Source: an uncultured Acidobacteriaceae bacterium
GTDB taxonomy: Bacteria; Acidobacteriota; Terriglobia; Terriglobales; Acidobacteriaceae
Assembly: GCA_963709385.1 (NCBI GenBank)
Contig: CAVPWD010000012.1
Location: forward strand, 336,989-400,988
Direction: 5' to 3'
Length of the DNA: 64,000 nt
Of the stretch, positions 54,561-63,504 are shown piece by piece (position 1 is the stretch's first letter; each line of letters begins with the position of its first letter). A program made the position numbers and the translations under genes. The notes under the pieces are model-generated. The model had not been told where the DNA came from. It worked only from the letters and a program-made list of their open reading frames with translations, and made no database searches.

Positions 54561-55022
54561 ATGGCACTCTCAAAGCGAAACGAAGGAGCCAAGGTCAGCT
54601 CCGACATCAACGTCACGCCCATGGTGGACGTGATGCTGGTTCTGCTGATCATCTTCATGGTGGTTACGCCCATGTTGCAGAAGGGCGTCAGCGTGGATAT
54701 GGCCAAGGTCGATAACCCGCTGCCCATGGAAGATGCCGACAAGGAAGACGCTCTGCTGGTCTCGATTACGCGGGACGGCAAAGTTTACTTCGGCACCGAC
54801 CAGATCACAGTGGACAATTTAACCACGAAGGTGAAGGACCGCCTGGCCAATCATCAGGACAAGCGGGTGTATGTGAAAGCGGACATGCGGGCCCGCTTCG
54901 GTGGAGTGGTCGGCGTGGTTGACGCTGTCCGCGCTGCCGGTGTCGACGATCTTGGCTTGCTGACCGAACAGAGGAAATCAGCTCCAAATGCCCCACCAGT
55001 TCCGGCTGCTCCCGGGCAGTAG
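54561..55022 (+). CDS. exbD: ExbD/TolR biopolymer transport protein
   Basis: INVTPMVDVMLVLLIIFMV and the ExbD periplasmic domain. Confidence 0.9.
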   Translation: MALSKRNEGAKVSSDINVTPMVDVMLVLLIIFMVVTPMLQKGVSVDMAKVDNPLPMEDADKEDALLVSITRDGKVYFGTDQITVDNLTTKVKDRLANHQDKRVYVKADMRARFGGVVGVVDAVRAAGVDDLGLLTEQRKSAPNAPPVPAAPGQ

Positions 55023-55060
55023 TTAGCGGAAGTGGTTAGCGGAATAAGAGGAGAACGACC

Positions 55061-55501
55061 ATGGGAATGGCAGTTGGCCCGAGCGGAGGCCAAAGTGCAA
55101 ACATCAACGTCACACCGCTCATTGACGTCCTGCTGGTTCTGCTGATCATCTTCATGGTGATCTCGCCGGTTACGCCGAAAGGACTGGATGCACTGGTCCC
55201 GCAGCCGCCGCCGCCCAATCAGCCCAGGAACACTCAACCGGACCGCACCATCGTGGTGCAGTTGGTCGATCGTGGCGCGGGTTCGCAACCGGGCGTAAAG
55301 ATCAACAATGAAGATGCGACTTGGGATAATCTCCAAGGGCGCCTGACCGACATTTACAAGCAACGCGCGGAAAAGGTTATGTTCGTCAAGGGAGATGACG
55401 CCATCCCCTTCGGCAACGTGGCCAATGTGATCGATATCGCCCACGCCGCCGGTGTGGACAAGGTCGGTCTGATCACCGCGAAGATCGAAGCGGGCAACTA
55501 G
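55061..55501 (+). CDS. exbD: ExbD/TolR biopolymer transport protein (second paralogue)
   Basis: INVTPLIDVLLVLLIIFMV and the ExbD periplasmic domain. Confidence 0.9.
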   Translation: MGMAVGPSGGQSANINVTPLIDVLLVLLIIFMVISPVTPKGLDALVPQPPPPNQPRNTQPDRTIVVQLVDRGAGSQPGVKINNEDATWDNLQGRLTDIYKQRAEKVMFVKGDDAIPFGNVANVIDIAHAAGVDKVGLITAKIEAGN

Positions 55502-55686
55502 AAAGATTGCCCGTCCGGTAAAGCCCGGAGTGCGTGTCTGTACCCGGCCCATGGCACGGAAGCCTGTCGCTTCCGTGCTCCCGCGGCCCGCGCTTGTCGC
55601 ACCTGGCGTGCTTGGCATACTTATCATGCTTGTCAAAGCGCCGGCTCTGGGCCTAGGATGCTGTGGCGAGGGAGACTTATACCGCA

Positions 55687-56532
55687 ATGAATAAGAACTT
55701 AAGACTGCTCACGCTGGCGGCGGTTGCGCTGGCGCTCTTCTCCTCTGCGGGCTGCGACAAGCTACGAGCCCGCGATCAGCTTAACAAGGGTGTGAAAGCG
55801 TACAAGGACAGCCACTACGAGCAGGCCATCGATCATTTCCAGCAGGCCGTTCAACTCGACCCTGGTCTGCTCAATGCCCGCATGTACCTGGCGACCGCTT
55901 TCGTTTCCCAATATATTCCTGGCGTGGACTCTCCGGATAATCTCCGCACCGCGCAGCAGGCCATCGACGAATACCAGAAAGTTCTCGACGCTCCCAACGC
56001 CGCCCGCGACCAAAAAGTGAACAGCGCCAAGGGCGTGGCTTACCTCTACCTGAACCAGAAAAGGTGGGACGACGCTAAGAAGTATTACCGCATGGCGTCG
56101 GACATGGACCCGAACGATCCCGAGCCTTACTACTCCGTCGGAGTGATCGACTGGACCGCCTGCTACCAGCCCCGCATGGAAGAGCGAGCCAAGTTGGGGC
56201 TCAAGCCGGAAGAGAATCTAAATCCGAAGAACAAAGATCAGAAGCAGGTCTGCGCCGAATTGAAGACGAAGAACACGCCCGCGATTCAGGAGGGCATCGA
56301 CAGCCTTAACAAGGCGATCCAGATCAGGCCGGATTACGACGACGCCATGGCGTACCTGAACTTGATGTACCGTGAAAAAGGCGACGTGGAATGCGACGAT
56401 CTCGCCGCCCGCGCCGAGGATCTCAAAACCGCGGACCACTGGGTCGACGAAACTCTGCGGGTCAAGAAGGCAAAAGCCGACAAGGCCGCCCAGAGCGCCG
56501 GCGGCGGCATTACGGTGGATCAGCCGAAATAA
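55687..56532 (+). CDS. TPR lipoprotein of the TonB-ExbBD cluster
   Basis: ORF 55663..56532. ATG at 55687 gives a lipobox-like LFSSAGC. TPR repeats follow. Confidence 0.7.
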   Translation: MNKNLRLLTLAAVALALFSSAGCDKLRARDQLNKGVKAYKDSHYEQAIDHFQQAVQLDPGLLNARMYLATAFVSQYIPGVDSPDNLRTAQQAIDEYQKVLDAPNAARDQKVNSAKGVAYLYLNQKRWDDAKKYYRMASDMDPNDPEPYYSVGVIDWTACYQPRMEERAKLGLKPEENLNPKNKDQKQVCAELKTKNTPAIQEGIDSLNKAIQIRPDYDDAMAYLNLMYREKGDVECDDLAARAEDLKTADHWVDETLRVKKAKADKAAQSAGGGITVDQPK

Positions 56533-56558
56533 GATCGTTCGAAGTAGATCTTTGATGG

Positions 56559-56597
56559 TGTCATCCCGAACGTTTTCAGGCGGAGTGAGGGATCTGG
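56559..56597 (+). repeat. REP-like element (TGTCATCCCGAAC...GGCGGAGTGAGGGATC)
   Basis: Same family as 2117-2183, 7773-7804 and the in-gene copy at 44091-44135. Confidence 0.55.
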
Positions 56598-56621
56598 CGA
56601 GTACGAAACCCACACCAGTTC

Positions 56622-56659
56622 AGCCTCTCCGGGCCAAGGCCCGGAGAGGCTTTCTTTTT
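56622..56659. terminator. strong rho-independent terminator between convergent genes
   Basis: 14-bp perfect stem AGCCTCTCCGGGCC-AA-GGCCCGGAGAGGCT followed by TTCTTTTT. Confidence 0.8.
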
Positions 56660-56672
56660 ACGCCGAAGCGCG

Positions 56673-58280
56673 TTATTCCCTGCTGTAAAGCCGCACTTCG
56701 ACTTCCGGAAATTGCCAGCGCTGCACCTTGGGGAACGATTCGGGAAGCACCTGTGTCAGCAAGACGTTGGTGGGGTCGGGAAGCTTGGGTCCGTTGTACA
56801 TCAGCATGACCCATACTCGCGGATGGCTTGGAGCCGTCGCGCGAATGAACTCCGCCGTTAGCTTGCCCTTGAAATCGCGATAGTCGAGCCCGGCCGCGTA
56901 GTGAGGGTATAGGATCTCCGGGCTGAGCTGAGCGCTGGCGGAACTTCCAATGGCGCGCCGCGAGAGAAAAAATTCATACGGAACGCGGGTTTGTGGGATG
57001 TGAAAGAAGATGGCGTCGCCGGGCTGGGCGCGGTCGAGAATAAAGTTGGTCGCGGCTCCGGCGGAGTCCCGCCGCTCGCCATCGAAGTCGTGATTGTAGA
57101 CAAAGAAGGTTCCCCGCGCCGACAGAGGCAGCACACAGATGAGAACGGCCGCGAGCACCCAGGAGTTGCGCAGCCGCGCCATTCCCACAGCCACCAGGAT
57201 CAACAGCGCAGGCAGGCAGAAGATCAGGTAGCGCGGCAGAAATACCGGACGGATCACCGACAGCACGACGGTCAGCAGCACTGGAAACAGCAGCCAGAGC
57301 AGGAGGAACTGAGTTCGCCATGCTTCCCAGCTTTCCGCTCGAAACTTTGACTTGCTCCGAAACAGTTGGCCGCGAAACGGAGCAATCGCGACGTAGCAAG
57401 CCACTGCAAAGATCGTTGGCAACGGCCAACTCTCGCCACCGGAGAAATACTCCGCGAACACGAGCAGATCGTGCAAGCCGGGCCGATGAATCCAGCGGAT
57501 GGGGCCGGCTCCGGTTTTGGCCACGAAAATCAGCAGAGGCAGTACGGCGACGCCAATGATCCTCCAGGCGCTTCGCATCTGTGCGGAAACATCAGTGCCG
57601 TTCCGGTTGTCGCCCTCGCTTCGGGTGTTCAGGTCTCTGACATCCAGGTCTCTGACATTCAGGCAGCGCAGCGCCAGCGCATGCGCCGCCAGCAGCAACA
57701 GCGCATAGAAATGGGCGTAGACCGCGAGGATGCTGGCCAGAATGTATCCCACTCGGTACGCGCGCGAAGGCTCACGCAGGTATGCGATGAAGAATCCGGA
57801 GGAGAGTGTCGCCAGCAAGAGGAAGAGTGAATACGTACGGGCTTCTTGCGCATAGCGCACGCTGTAGGCGTTGAAGGCGAGCAGGGTGGTCGCAATCAGC
57901 GCGACTCGCCGGTCATAAAGTCGTGCCGCCAGCCAATAGACCGCGGGAATCGTGACTGCGGCGAACAGCACCGAGAGGCTGCGGATGAAGAATTCGCTTT
58001 GCCCGAAATGCAGCCAGACTCGCAGCAGCAGGTAATACAGCGACATGTTGGCTTCGCGCCACCAGAGCAGGCGCAAGAAGCTGGGCCAGCCGATGCGGGC
58101 AAGCGCCACGCTGAAAGTCTCGTCAAACCAGAACGGCTTGCAACCCAGGCAAATCAACCGAATGACCGTGCCGGTGGCGACCAGCAGCACAAGCGTGAGG
58201 CGGTGCACCCAATAAACGGAATCTGACGGGAGCGGCGGCGCTCCTGCGTTTGGTTTCGCCGCGGCTTCGGAGGTCAGCAT
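56673..58280 (-). CDS. GT39/ArnT-like (PMT_2) membrane glycosyltransferase
   Basis: ORF 56673..58472 with about 11 TM helices and a C-terminal soluble domain. The start is uncertain; I chose ATG 58280 to avoid overlapping the divergent GT2 gene. Confidence 0.65.
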   Translation of the reverse strand: MLTSEAAAKPNAGAPPLPSDSVYWVHRLTLVLLVATGTVIRLICLGCKPFWFDETFSVALARIGWPSFLRLLWWREANMSLYYLLLRVWLHFGQSEFFIRSLSVLFAAVTIPAVYWLAARLYDRRVALIATTLLAFNAYSVRYAQEARTYSLFLLLATLSSGFFIAYLREPSRAYRVGYILASILAVYAHFYALLLLAAHALALRCLNVRDLDVRDLNTRSEGDNRNGTDVSAQMRSAWRIIGVAVLPLLIFVAKTGAGPIRWIHRPGLHDLLVFAEYFSGGESWPLPTIFAVACYVAIAPFRGQLFRSKSKFRAESWEAWRTQFLLLWLLFPVLLTVVLSVIRPVFLPRYLIFCLPALLILVAVGMARLRNSWVLAAVLICVLPLSARGTFFVYNHDFDGERRDSAGAATNFILDRAQPGDAIFFHIPQTRVPYEFFLSRRAIGSSASAQLSPEILYPHYAAGLDYRDFKGKLTAEFIRATAPSHPRVWVMLMYNGPKLPDPTNVLLTQVLPESFPKVQRWQFPEVEVRLYSRE

Positions 58281-58350
58281 GAGTCGGAGAATTTCAAATG
58301 ATACTATGCTAGCAATACGTTGAATTTGCGGGTATTTTTCAGGCGGAGCC

Positions 58351-59205
58351 ATGCGTGTGACATCCCTTAATACCGCGCTGCGGGAGATTCCGGAAGCGTC
58401 GACCAATCGGAGGATCGACCAGAATAACGACCGGTGGAAGGGATGCGTGTCGGTAATCGTACCGGTGTACAACGAAACAGCGCATGTGGACGAACTGTTG
58501 CAGGCGATTCATGCGGCACCGGTGAAAAAGGAAATCATTATCGTCGATGACGGCTCGACCGACGGCACTCGTGAAAAACTGCAGGCGCTGCCGTTGGCCG
58601 GCGACGTGACGATTGTCTTCCACGAGAAAAACTGTGGCAAGGGAGCGGCCATCCGCACTGCGCTCGCCTATGCCCGGGGCGAGTACGTGCTGATCCAGGA
58701 TTCCGACCTGGAGTACGATCCGCAGGATTATCCCGCGCTGTTGCGCCCGCTCGAAGAAGGCCGGGCGAACGTGGTGTACGGCGTGCGTCCGGATCGTCCC
58801 GAGCGCGGCTTGCGGTTTTTTCTCGGCGCCAAGCTGCTTACGCACCTCGCCAACTTTCTTTACGGCGCCGGGATCCACGACGAAGCGACCTGCTATAAAG
58901 CGATTCGCCGCTCGCTGCTGGGGCGGGTGCAATTGGACTGTCACCGTTTTGAATTCTGCCCGGAAGTGACCGCGAAGCTGTCCCGTATGGGCGAAACGAT
59001 TGCGGAAGTTCCCATCTCGTACCATCCACGCTCGACCGTGGAGGGGAAGAAGATCCGGCACTCCGACGGTTGGCTGGCCATCTGGACGCTGATCCGCTAC
59101 CGGTTTGTACCGCGACGAGGATGGGAGAGAGATGGCCAACAGAAGGCGACGGCACCGTTTCCCGTGAGTTTCTCGCGGCTGCCGGAGGATGAACGGCACC
59201 GATAG
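58351..59205 (+). CDS. family 2 glycosyltransferase (dolichyl/polyprenyl-phosphate sugar synthase-like)
   Basis: VSVIVPVYNE...IIIVDDGSTDGT...IQDSDLEYDP. Confidence 0.85.
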   Translation: MRVTSLNTALREIPEASTNRRIDQNNDRWKGCVSVIVPVYNETAHVDELLQAIHAAPVKKEIIIVDDGSTDGTREKLQALPLAGDVTIVFHEKNCGKGAAIRTALAYARGEYVLIQDSDLEYDPQDYPALLRPLEEGRANVVYGVRPDRPERGLRFFLGAKLLTHLANFLYGAGIHDEATCYKAIRRSLLGRVQLDCHRFEFCPEVTAKLSRMGETIAEVPISYHPRSTVEGKKIRHSDGWLAIWTLIRYRFVPRRGWERDGQQKATAPFPVSFSRLPEDERHR

Positions 59206-59273
59206 GTATCGAGGGATTGTTATCCCACGCAGAATCTCCGGTAGAATCTTGAGTTCTCCGCGCCGCTCTCAAA

Positions 59274-60809
59274 ATGTTCAAGAAAATTCTCATCGCGAAC
59301 CGAGGCGAGATTGCGGTGCGCGTCATCCGCGCCTGCCACGAGATGGGGATTGCCGCAGTGGCCGTCTACTCTGACGTGGATCGTGCATCGCTGCACGTCC
59401 GCAAAGCCGACGAGGCTTATCCCATTGGCGCGGCGGCCGCCTCCGAGTCTTATCTCAACATTGCAAAGATTCTCGACGTAGCTGCGCGTTCTGGCGCGGA
59501 AGCCATTCATCCCGGTTACGGATTTCTCTCGGAAAATGCGAAGTTTGCCCGGGCGTGTGGAGAAGCGGGCGTCAAATTTATTGGGCCCAGTGCCGCAGCC
59601 ATGGACGCCATGGGATCGAAGACACAGGCGCGGCAAGCCATGGAGCGCGCTGGCGTTCCCATCGTTCCCGGCACTTCACGCGGACTGGAGTCGTTCGAGC
59701 AGGCCGAACAGATCGCGGCCCGAATCGGATATCCCATCATGCTCAAGGCCGCTGCCGGCGGCGGCGGCAAGGGCATGCGGTTGGTCCGCGCTTCCGAGGA
59801 TCTCAAGTCGGCGCTGGAAGGGGCGCGCAGCGAGGCGGAGCGCTCGTTTGGCGACGGCGAAGTTTATATCGAGAAGGCGATCGTTAACCCGCGCCACATC
59901 GAGATGCAGATTCTGGCCGATGAGCACGGGAGCACGGTCTATCTCGGCGAGCGCGAGTGTTCGATCCAGCGGCGTCATCAGAAAGTGGTCGAGGAAGCTC
60001 CGTCTCCGATCGTCGATACCGAAATGCGCCGCCGCATGGGCGAAGTTGCAGTCCGCGTCGCTCAGGCCGCAGGCTACACGAATGCGGGCACAGTAGAGTT
60101 TCTAGTCGACGCGCAAAAGAATTTCTATTTCCTCGAGATGAACACGCGCCTCCAGGTGGAACATCCGGTGACCGAACTGGTGACCGGGCTCGATCTCGTG
60201 CACTTGCAGATTCGCATCGCGGCGGGCGAGCCGTTGCCGTTCACGCAGAACGAAGTGCAGATTCGCGGGCACGCCATCGAGTGCCGCATCTACGCTGAGG
60301 ATCCAGACAACAACTATTTTCCCAGCCCAGGCAAGATTACTTTGCTGCTGGCGCCCTCAGGGCCCGGCATTCGCCGCGACAGCGGCATGTACGAGGGCTG
60401 GACCGTCCCCATGGACTACGACCCGCTGCTGGCCAAGTTGATCGGTTATGGCAGCGACCGGGATCAGGCCATCGGCCGGCTGACCCGTGCGCTGAACGAA
60501 TATTTTGTGGGCGGGATCAAGACCAATATTTCACTGTTTCGTCGCATCCTGCGCGATGCGAATTTTCGGGCGGCCAAGATCGATACGGGGTTTCTCGATC
60601 GCCTGCTCAAACAATCGGCCAGCTTCCATGCAGATCCGAACGCAGCCGAGGTCGCGGTGATCGCCGCCGGCGTCTTTGCCGCTCTTGGCCCTGTCGCGGC
60701 TGGAGCGGGCGAGCGTGCCGCAGTGGACGGAAGCGCGGTGAAGGCTAGATCGAACTGGAAAGAGGCAGGCCGTAGCGAAGCGCTGGGCGGAAAGTTGACT
60801 GGCAACTGA
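59274..60809 (+). CDS. accC: biotin carboxylase (acetyl/acyl-CoA carboxylase subunit)
   Basis: MFKKILIANRGEIAVRVIRAC, then GGGGKGMR and EMNTRLQVEHPVTE. It has a ~60-aa C-terminal extension relative to typical AccC. Confidence 0.9.
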   Translation: MFKKILIANRGEIAVRVIRACHEMGIAAVAVYSDVDRASLHVRKADEAYPIGAAAASESYLNIAKILDVAARSGAEAIHPGYGFLSENAKFARACGEAGVKFIGPSAAAMDAMGSKTQARQAMERAGVPIVPGTSRGLESFEQAEQIAARIGYPIMLKAAAGGGGKGMRLVRASEDLKSALEGARSEAERSFGDGEVYIEKAIVNPRHIEMQILADEHGSTVYLGERECSIQRRHQKVVEEAPSPIVDTEMRRRMGEVAVRVAQAAGYTNAGTVEFLVDAQKNFYFLEMNTRLQVEHPVTELVTGLDLVHLQIRIAAGEPLPFTQNEVQIRGHAIECRIYAEDPDNNYFPSPGKITLLLAPSGPGIRRDSGMYEGWTVPMDYDPLLAKLIGYGSDRDQAIGRLTRALNEYFVGGIKTNISLFRRILRDANFRAAKIDTGFLDRLLKQSASFHADPNAAEVAVIAAGVFAALGPVAAGAGERAAVDGSAVKARSNWKEAGRSEALGGKLTGN

Positions 60810-60833
60810 CTACGGCCTCTGACCACTGCTTTC

Positions 60834-61328
60834 ATGATTTACGACATCACTATCGATGGCAAGAACTACCGCCTCGAACTGGACCGGGCGGAAAACCTCT
60901 GGGCGTGCCGCCTCGACGGGCGCGAAGTCGAAGTCGATGCGGTACTGGCGCGGCCCGACGTGCTCTCCCTGCGCATCGGCAACCGTGCATACGAGGTGAA
61001 ATGCGAGCGCGTGGCCAGCGATCTTCATCTGTGGGTGGGCAGCGAGCGGTTTGCCGCCGAAGTCCGCGATCCCCGGTCGTTGCGCGGGCGCGTCCGCGCA
61101 GTCGACGATCGCGGACCGAAAAAACTGACAGCTCCCATGCCGGGCAAGATCGTTCGCATTCTAGCCTCCGAGGGCGCTGAGGTTGAATTGGGTGCGGGCG
61201 TGCTGGTGGTTGAAGCGATGAAGATGCAGAACGAAATCAAGTCGCCGAAAAAAGGGACGATCCAGAAAATCTTCGTCGGCGAGGGTGCCGCAGTGAACGC
61301 GGGCGACGTGCTCGCGATTGTGGAATAG
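60834..61328 (+). CDS. biotin/lipoyl attachment (BCCP-like) protein
   Basis: C-terminal biotinyl domain with the EAMKMQNEI motif. Confidence 0.8.
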   Translation: MIYDITIDGKNYRLELDRAENLWACRLDGREVEVDAVLARPDVLSLRIGNRAYEVKCERVASDLHLWVGSERFAAEVRDPRSLRGRVRAVDDRGPKKLTAPMPGKIVRILASEGAEVELGAGVLVVEAMKMQNEIKSPKKGTIQKIFVGEGAAVNAGDVLAIVE

Positions 61329-61341
61329 AAAGTCCGACCGA

Positions 61342-62382
61342 CTACTTTTCCATTCCGTTGCTGTCGAGCACCTTCTTCGCGTAGAAGTTCTCGACCTTGG
61401 CGGAATCGCGCAAAACTTCGTAATACGCGGCCTTCAGCAACTGGTCGCGCCGATCATGCAGCTGCGACCGGATGGCTTGCTGCACCCGCGGATCAGCGAG
61501 CTCCCGCTGTCCGGCGAGTTCTTTCGCCACCAGTTTCACGATGCGGAATCCCTCTAACCGATTCGCGGGATTGATGACCGTGATCACCGAGCTGTACTGG
61601 CCGGGTTTTAGCTTCAGCACAACTTCGCGCGTAGCCGGATCGGCGCCTTTCAAGCCGGACTCAGGTACGGTGCCAAGATCGCCGCCGTTGCCCGACGTTT
61701 CCGGATCTTCGGAGTACTTCATGGCCAGCGTGGCGAAATCGTCGCCACTATCGAGCCGGTTCGCGATCATCTGGATCTTCTTGCGCGCATCGGCTTCGTT
61801 CTGCGCCTTGTCATTCTGGTTGTGCGCCTGCGGGTTGGGCGCGGGAGTCACCATGATCTGCGCCAGATGGTAGGTCGGTTCGATCAAGTTGAACTCGCCT
61901 TTGTGCTCGTTGTAGTAATCGGTAACGTCCTGATCGGTCACGTTGATCTTGGAAGAAACTTCCTTGTTCATCACCTTCTCGACGGTGATGGAGCGGCGGA
62001 TGTCGCGCTTGAAATCGACCAGGGTGATCTTCTTGTCCTTGAGCCGCTTGTCGAATTCCTCCTGAGTAAAGGGAGATTTGTAATCGTTATATTTGCGGTC
62101 GACTTCCTCGTCGGTGGCCAGCAGGCCGAGTTTCTCCGCGCGCCGCATCAGGATCTCATCATCGATCATCTGGTGCAGAATATTCAGGCGCAATGCAGTG
62201 GCCTGCTCGCCCGTCGGCGCCTGCTGGGCTGAGGCGACATTGTTGTCGTAATACTTGTCCACTTCGCTGCGGAAAATCTTTTTGCCATCCACCGTGGCCA
62301 TCACGTCGCCGCCAACCTGCGATTTGCAGGCGGCCAGGGCCGCCAGCAGAACAGCGACGAAAATCGCCGCGGCAGCCTGCAT
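61342..62382 (-). CDS. SurA/PrsA-like peptidyl-prolyl isomerase (parvulin domain)
   Basis: ORF 61342..62487. ATG at 62382 gives signal/lipobox LLAALAAC. Parvulin pattern FATLAMKYSEDPETSGNGGDLG. Confidence 0.8.
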   Translation of the reverse strand: MQAAAAIFVAVLLAALAACKSQVGGDVMATVDGKKIFRSEVDKYYDNNVASAQQAPTGEQATALRLNILHQMIDDEILMRRAEKLGLLATDEEVDRKYNDYKSPFTQEEFDKRLKDKKITLVDFKRDIRRSITVEKVMNKEVSSKINVTDQDVTDYYNEHKGEFNLIEPTYHLAQIMVTPAPNPQAHNQNDKAQNEADARKKIQMIANRLDSGDDFATLAMKYSEDPETSGNGGDLGTVPESGLKGADPATREVVLKLKPGQYSSVITVINPANRLEGFRIVKLVAKELAGQRELADPRVQQAIRSQLHDRRDQLLKAAYYEVLRDSAKVENFYAKKVLDSNGMEK

Positions 62383-62487
62383 CGGAATCGAGCTTCTTTT
62401 CAAGAGAGTTTCTCCCGTCTTTGGGAACAATAGCGCCACAAAATACTGCGGAGGAACGGCCTGGAACGGCGCGCCCTTAACCGCCAT

Positions 62488-63432
62488 TTACTTGGATGCT
62501 GGAGCCGGAGCCGACGGCATATGTTCCGGCACGGGCTGCCCCGCGTCTCTGAGGGCTGCGTCCAGCGTGGCGCGAATCTCGCTCACCGGCACCGCGCCGT
62601 CAATCTTCCGGCCGTTGATGAAAAGAGTGGGGGTTGCGTTCACGCCGATTCCATCCGCTTCTTTCATCGACGCTCTGACCGCATCCTCATTCTGCGCCTT
62701 CATGCACGCCTCGAGCTTGGCGACATCCAGGTTGTGCTTCTGCCCCTGCAGCACGGCCATCTTGTCGAGAGCATCGAAGCGCGCCGGTTGAGTATTCTGG
62801 CCGTCGACCTCGCGCTTGTTCGCGTGGATGTAGTCGGCGAAATCCCAGTAGGCATCGGTGTTTTGCGCGACCAGACAGTTCGCGTCCACGGCGGCGTGAA
62901 TCGCCCAGGGATGAATCTCGGCCAGTGGATAATCCTTATAAATGAAAGTGACCCGGTCGCCGTATTCTTTCAGAATCTCGGGGAACAGCATGGCATGCAT
63001 GCGCGAGCAGTACGGGCACTCGAAGTCGTCGAAATTGACCACGACCACTTTGGCTGACTTGGCCCCGCGCGAAGGCCGGCCCGCCACATCGATTTTGGTC
63101 ATCAACGCGGCGAAGGGATCCTTGGTCAGGTCGAACTTGGTAACGCGCAGCATAGTGCCGCGATCTTTGGAAAGCAGAAATTTGTAATCCTGTTTTTTGT
63201 TTTCCCCGTCGATGGTGACCGCCACGGTGTCGTAGCCGGGCCACTCTGTGCTGGGCGAGATGTCCCCGACGACGACCTGCACATCCGAAGGAAGGCTGTA
63301 GTAAGAGCGAACCTGGTGCTCGATTTTTCGTGCCACATCTGGCGGCGCCGACTGGGCAACGCAACCCAGGCAAACCAGTAGCAGCATCGCGAACGAACGT
63401 CGAATTGTGATCACCAAAAACCGCCTCAGCAT
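62488..63432 (-). CDS. DsbA-family thioredoxin-fold protein
   Basis: ORF 62488..63447; ATG at 63432. Signal peptide and active site CPYC (FDDFECPYCSRMH). Confidence 0.8.
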   Translation of the reverse strand: MLRRFLVITIRRSFAMLLLVCLGCVAQSAPPDVARKIEHQVRSYYSLPSDVQVVVGDISPSTEWPGYDTVAVTIDGENKKQDYKFLLSKDRGTMLRVTKFDLTKDPFAALMTKIDVAGRPSRGAKSAKVVVVNFDDFECPYCSRMHAMLFPEILKEYGDRVTFIYKDYPLAEIHPWAIHAAVDANCLVAQNTDAYWDFADYIHANKREVDGQNTQPARFDALDKMAVLQGQKHNLDVAKLEACMKAQNEDAVRASMKEADGIGVNATPTLFINGRKIDGAVPVSEIRATLDAALRDAGQPVPEHMPSAPAPASK

Positions 63433-63504
63433 CGCGAAAGGAACCACTCGATTATCTCACAGCGTGTGTGGACGAGACCCGCGCGGCGTGCTTTACGGCG
63501 TGTT

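Noticed and set aside
52612-56532. MotA/ExbB-like plus ExbD-like genes as a possible Zorya-type defence or stator-like novel system.
   Set aside because: They are immediately preceded by a canonical TonB (poly-Pro linker and C-terminal TonB domain) and arranged tonB-exbB-exbD-exbD-TPR, the standard energy-transduction cluster. No nuclease, ATPase or other defence-type partner is present.
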